Positions 17,548 through 19,034 of a DNA stretch of 19,034 bases are shown in pieces (position 1 is the stretch's first letter; the number at the start of each line of letters is the position of its first letter). A program made the translations under genes and the position numbers. A model generated the notes under the pieces. That model ran no database searches, was not told the DNA's origin, and saw only the letters and a list, made by a program, of their open reading frames with translations. Source of the DNA: Salinivirgaceae bacterium (GTDB lineage Bacteria > Bacteroidota > Bacteroidia > Bacteroidales > SZUA-534). Location of the stretch: contig JAKSOL010000032.1 of assembly GCA_024405635.1 (NCBI GenBank), forward strand, positions 1 to 19,034, given 5' to 3'.

Positions 17548-18090
17548 TTATTTGAAGTAGCGATCCAAAAGACCTTTAAAGCCACGACCATGACGAGCCT
17601 CGTCTTTTGCCATTTCGTGAACGGTATCGTGAATAGCATCAAGATCTAACTCTTTTGCACGTTTAGCAATGCGCATTTTGTCTTCGCAAGCGCCAGCCTC
17701 GGCCATCGAGCGTTTTTCAAGGTTTGTTTTGGTATCCCAAACAACATCGCCTAGCAACTCAGCAAACTTAGCGCAGTGCTCAGCCTCTTCAAATGCATAG
17801 CGTTTAAAAGCCTCTGCAATTTCAGGATAACCCTCGCGGTCCGCTTGGCGACTCATTGCCAAATACATACCAACCTCGGTAGCCTCACCCATAAAGTGTG
17901 CATTAAGGTCTTTTTTCATTTGCTCGTCGGTATCTTTTGCAATACCAATTACGTGTTCGGTAACAAAGTTCAATGCATTTTCAACTACTTCTTTAAATTT
18001 TTCGCGTGGTTGTTTGCATTGTGGGCAACGCTCTGGTGCCTCATCACCTTCGTGTACATAACCGCATACTGAACAGATAAATTTTGCCAT
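17548..18090 (-). CDS. rbr: Reverse rubrerythrin (NADH peroxidase): N-terminal rubredoxin plus ferritin-like di-iron domain
   Basis: CSVCGY...PERCPQC at the N-terminus; [19 protein letters not shown] di-iron ligands. Confidence 0.93.
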   Translation of the reverse strand: MAKFICSVCGYVHEGDEAPERCPQCKQPREKFKEVVENALNFVTEHVIGIAKDTDEQMKKDLNAHFMGEATEVGMYLAMSRQADREGYPEIAEAFKRYAFEEAEHCAKFAELLGDVVWDTKTNLEKRSMAEAGACEDKMRIAKRAKELDLDAIHDTVHEMAKDEARHGRGFKGLLDRYFK

Positions 18091-18134
18091 AATAGTAAGT
18101 TTTTTAATTAGTTAAACATTATTTATTAAAGTGT

Positions 18135-18548
18135 TTATTCATTGCATTTTTCGCACAATCCTTTGTAGTAAACTTGTGTTTCATCTATTTTAATTCCACC
18201 TAAGTGGTTAATGCATACATTGTTTATTGCCGATATGTCTTTGGGAAAAAAATCAATAATGCACCCACATTTATTGCAACAAAAATGTGCGTGATTCGAT
18301 GTGTCACCATCAAACCTAACACTTTCTGCATCAATGTTAAGTTGTAGCGCCAAACCACTTTCTACCAATAACTTAAGTGTGTTATAAACTGTGGTTTTTG
18401 ACAGTGTTGGCATTTGTGGATGCAATGCCAAATAAACTTCGTCAACCGTTGGATGCGTTTTATGGGTGAGCAAATATTGCATTATGCTGCACCGTTGCAC
18501 CGAAGGTTTAACGTTGTGTTCTGCAAGGTATTTTTCTACTTCAATCAT
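18135..18548 (-). CDS. Fur-family transcriptional regulator, PerR-like
   Basis: HPTVDEVY, SKTTVYNTL, RFD...HAHF.C..CG..ID, C-terminal CEKC; directly upstream of rubrerythrin. Confidence 0.9.
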   Translation of the reverse strand: MIEVEKYLAEHNVKPSVQRCSIMQYLLTHKTHPTVDEVYLALHPQMPTLSKTTVYNTLKLLVESGLALQLNIDAESVRFDGDTSNHAHFCCNKCGCIIDFFPKDISAINNVCINHLGGIKIDETQVYYKGLCEKCNE

Positions 18549-18554
18549 TTACTT

Positions 18555-18590
18555 TGTAATTATTACATATTTGTAATGATTACAAATATA
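18555..18590. promoter_or_regulatory. Tandem PerR/Fur-like operator palindromes overlapping the -7 promoter element
   Basis: TGTAAT-T-ATTACA (18555-18567) and ATATTTGTAAT-G-ATTACAAATAT (18567-18589, perfect 11-1-11); minus-strand TATATTTG at 18590-18583. Confidence 0.8.
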
Positions 18591-18617
18591 TAATTATTTC
18601 AATTACAATACCCAGTT

Positions 18618-18700
18618 TTAGTGATTAATGGTTAATGATTAGAGATTAATATGTTGTAGGTTCTACGTTTTAGGTTTTACGTATCAACGATTCAACAGCC
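18618..18700. repeat. Degenerate partial unit of the 133-bp repeat, made of heptamer runs
   Basis: TTAGTGA TTAATGG TTAATGA TTAGAGA TTAATAT ... TTCTACG TTTTAGG TTTTACG resembles 18765-18833. Confidence 0.85.
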
Positions 18701-19034
18701 AATGGCCAACGGTTAACGGCCAAAAGTTCTATTGGTGGCTGAGCTTGTCGAAGCCGCCTTTGGAATGATTAATGTTTAATGATTAGTGATTAATATGTTT
18801 TACGTTCTACGTTTTAAGTTCTGCTTAACTGCTAATGGCCAACGGTTAACGGCCAAAAGTTCTATTGGTGGCTGAGCTTGTCGAAGCCGCCTTTGGAATG
18901 ATTAATGTTTAATGATTAGTGATTAATATGTTTTACGTTCTACGTTTTAAGTTCTGCTTAACTGCTAATGGCCAACGGTTAACGGCCAAAAGTTCTATTG
19001 GTGGCTGAGCTTGTCGAAGCCGCCTTTGGAATGA
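18701..19034. repeat. Perfect 133-bp tandem repeat, 2.5 copies, running off the window end
   Basis: Units start at 18701, 18834 and 18967 (AATGGCCAACGGTTAACGGCC...); copies are identical by eye; each holds the hairpin GGTGGCTGAGCTTGTCGAAGCCGCC. Confidence 0.97.

Noticed and set aside
18701-19034. CRISPR array
   Set aside because: The sequence between hairpins is identical in each unit (no unique spacers), the 133-bp period is too long, and no cas genes are in the window.

Overview
Bacteroidota (Bacteroidales/Marinilabiliales-like) chromosomal window, judged from gene content and TAnnTTTG promoter motifs. The left 2.5 kb (+ strand, AT-rich) holds a probably 5'-truncated gingipain-type (peptidase C25) gene ending in a '3-coathanger stack'-like domain, then a lipoprotein and a terminator. 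An unannotated, start-less, divergent copy of the protease C-terminus (1682-1924) follows, then a second lipoprotein and a second copy of the same terminator. This protease-tail/lipoprotein cassette array, reminiscent of orphan modules in polymorphic toxin loci, is the most interesting element. The rest is minus-strand: an AtpI-like membrane protein and bactofilin without the usual atp operon, ilvE, a third member of the same lipoprotein family coupled to a nuclease-less DUF262 protein, an AIM24/TIGR00266 protein, polA, and three flexirubin/aryl-polyene-cluster-type genes (C45 acyltransferase, FAD oxidoreductase, MMPL-acyltransferase-methyltransferase fusion). Next come a reverse rubrerythrin and a PerR-like regulator with a tandem palindromic operator. 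The window ends in a perfect 133-bp tandem repeat built from heptamers plus a REP-like hairpin. All family calls come from motif recognition by eye; no searches were run.
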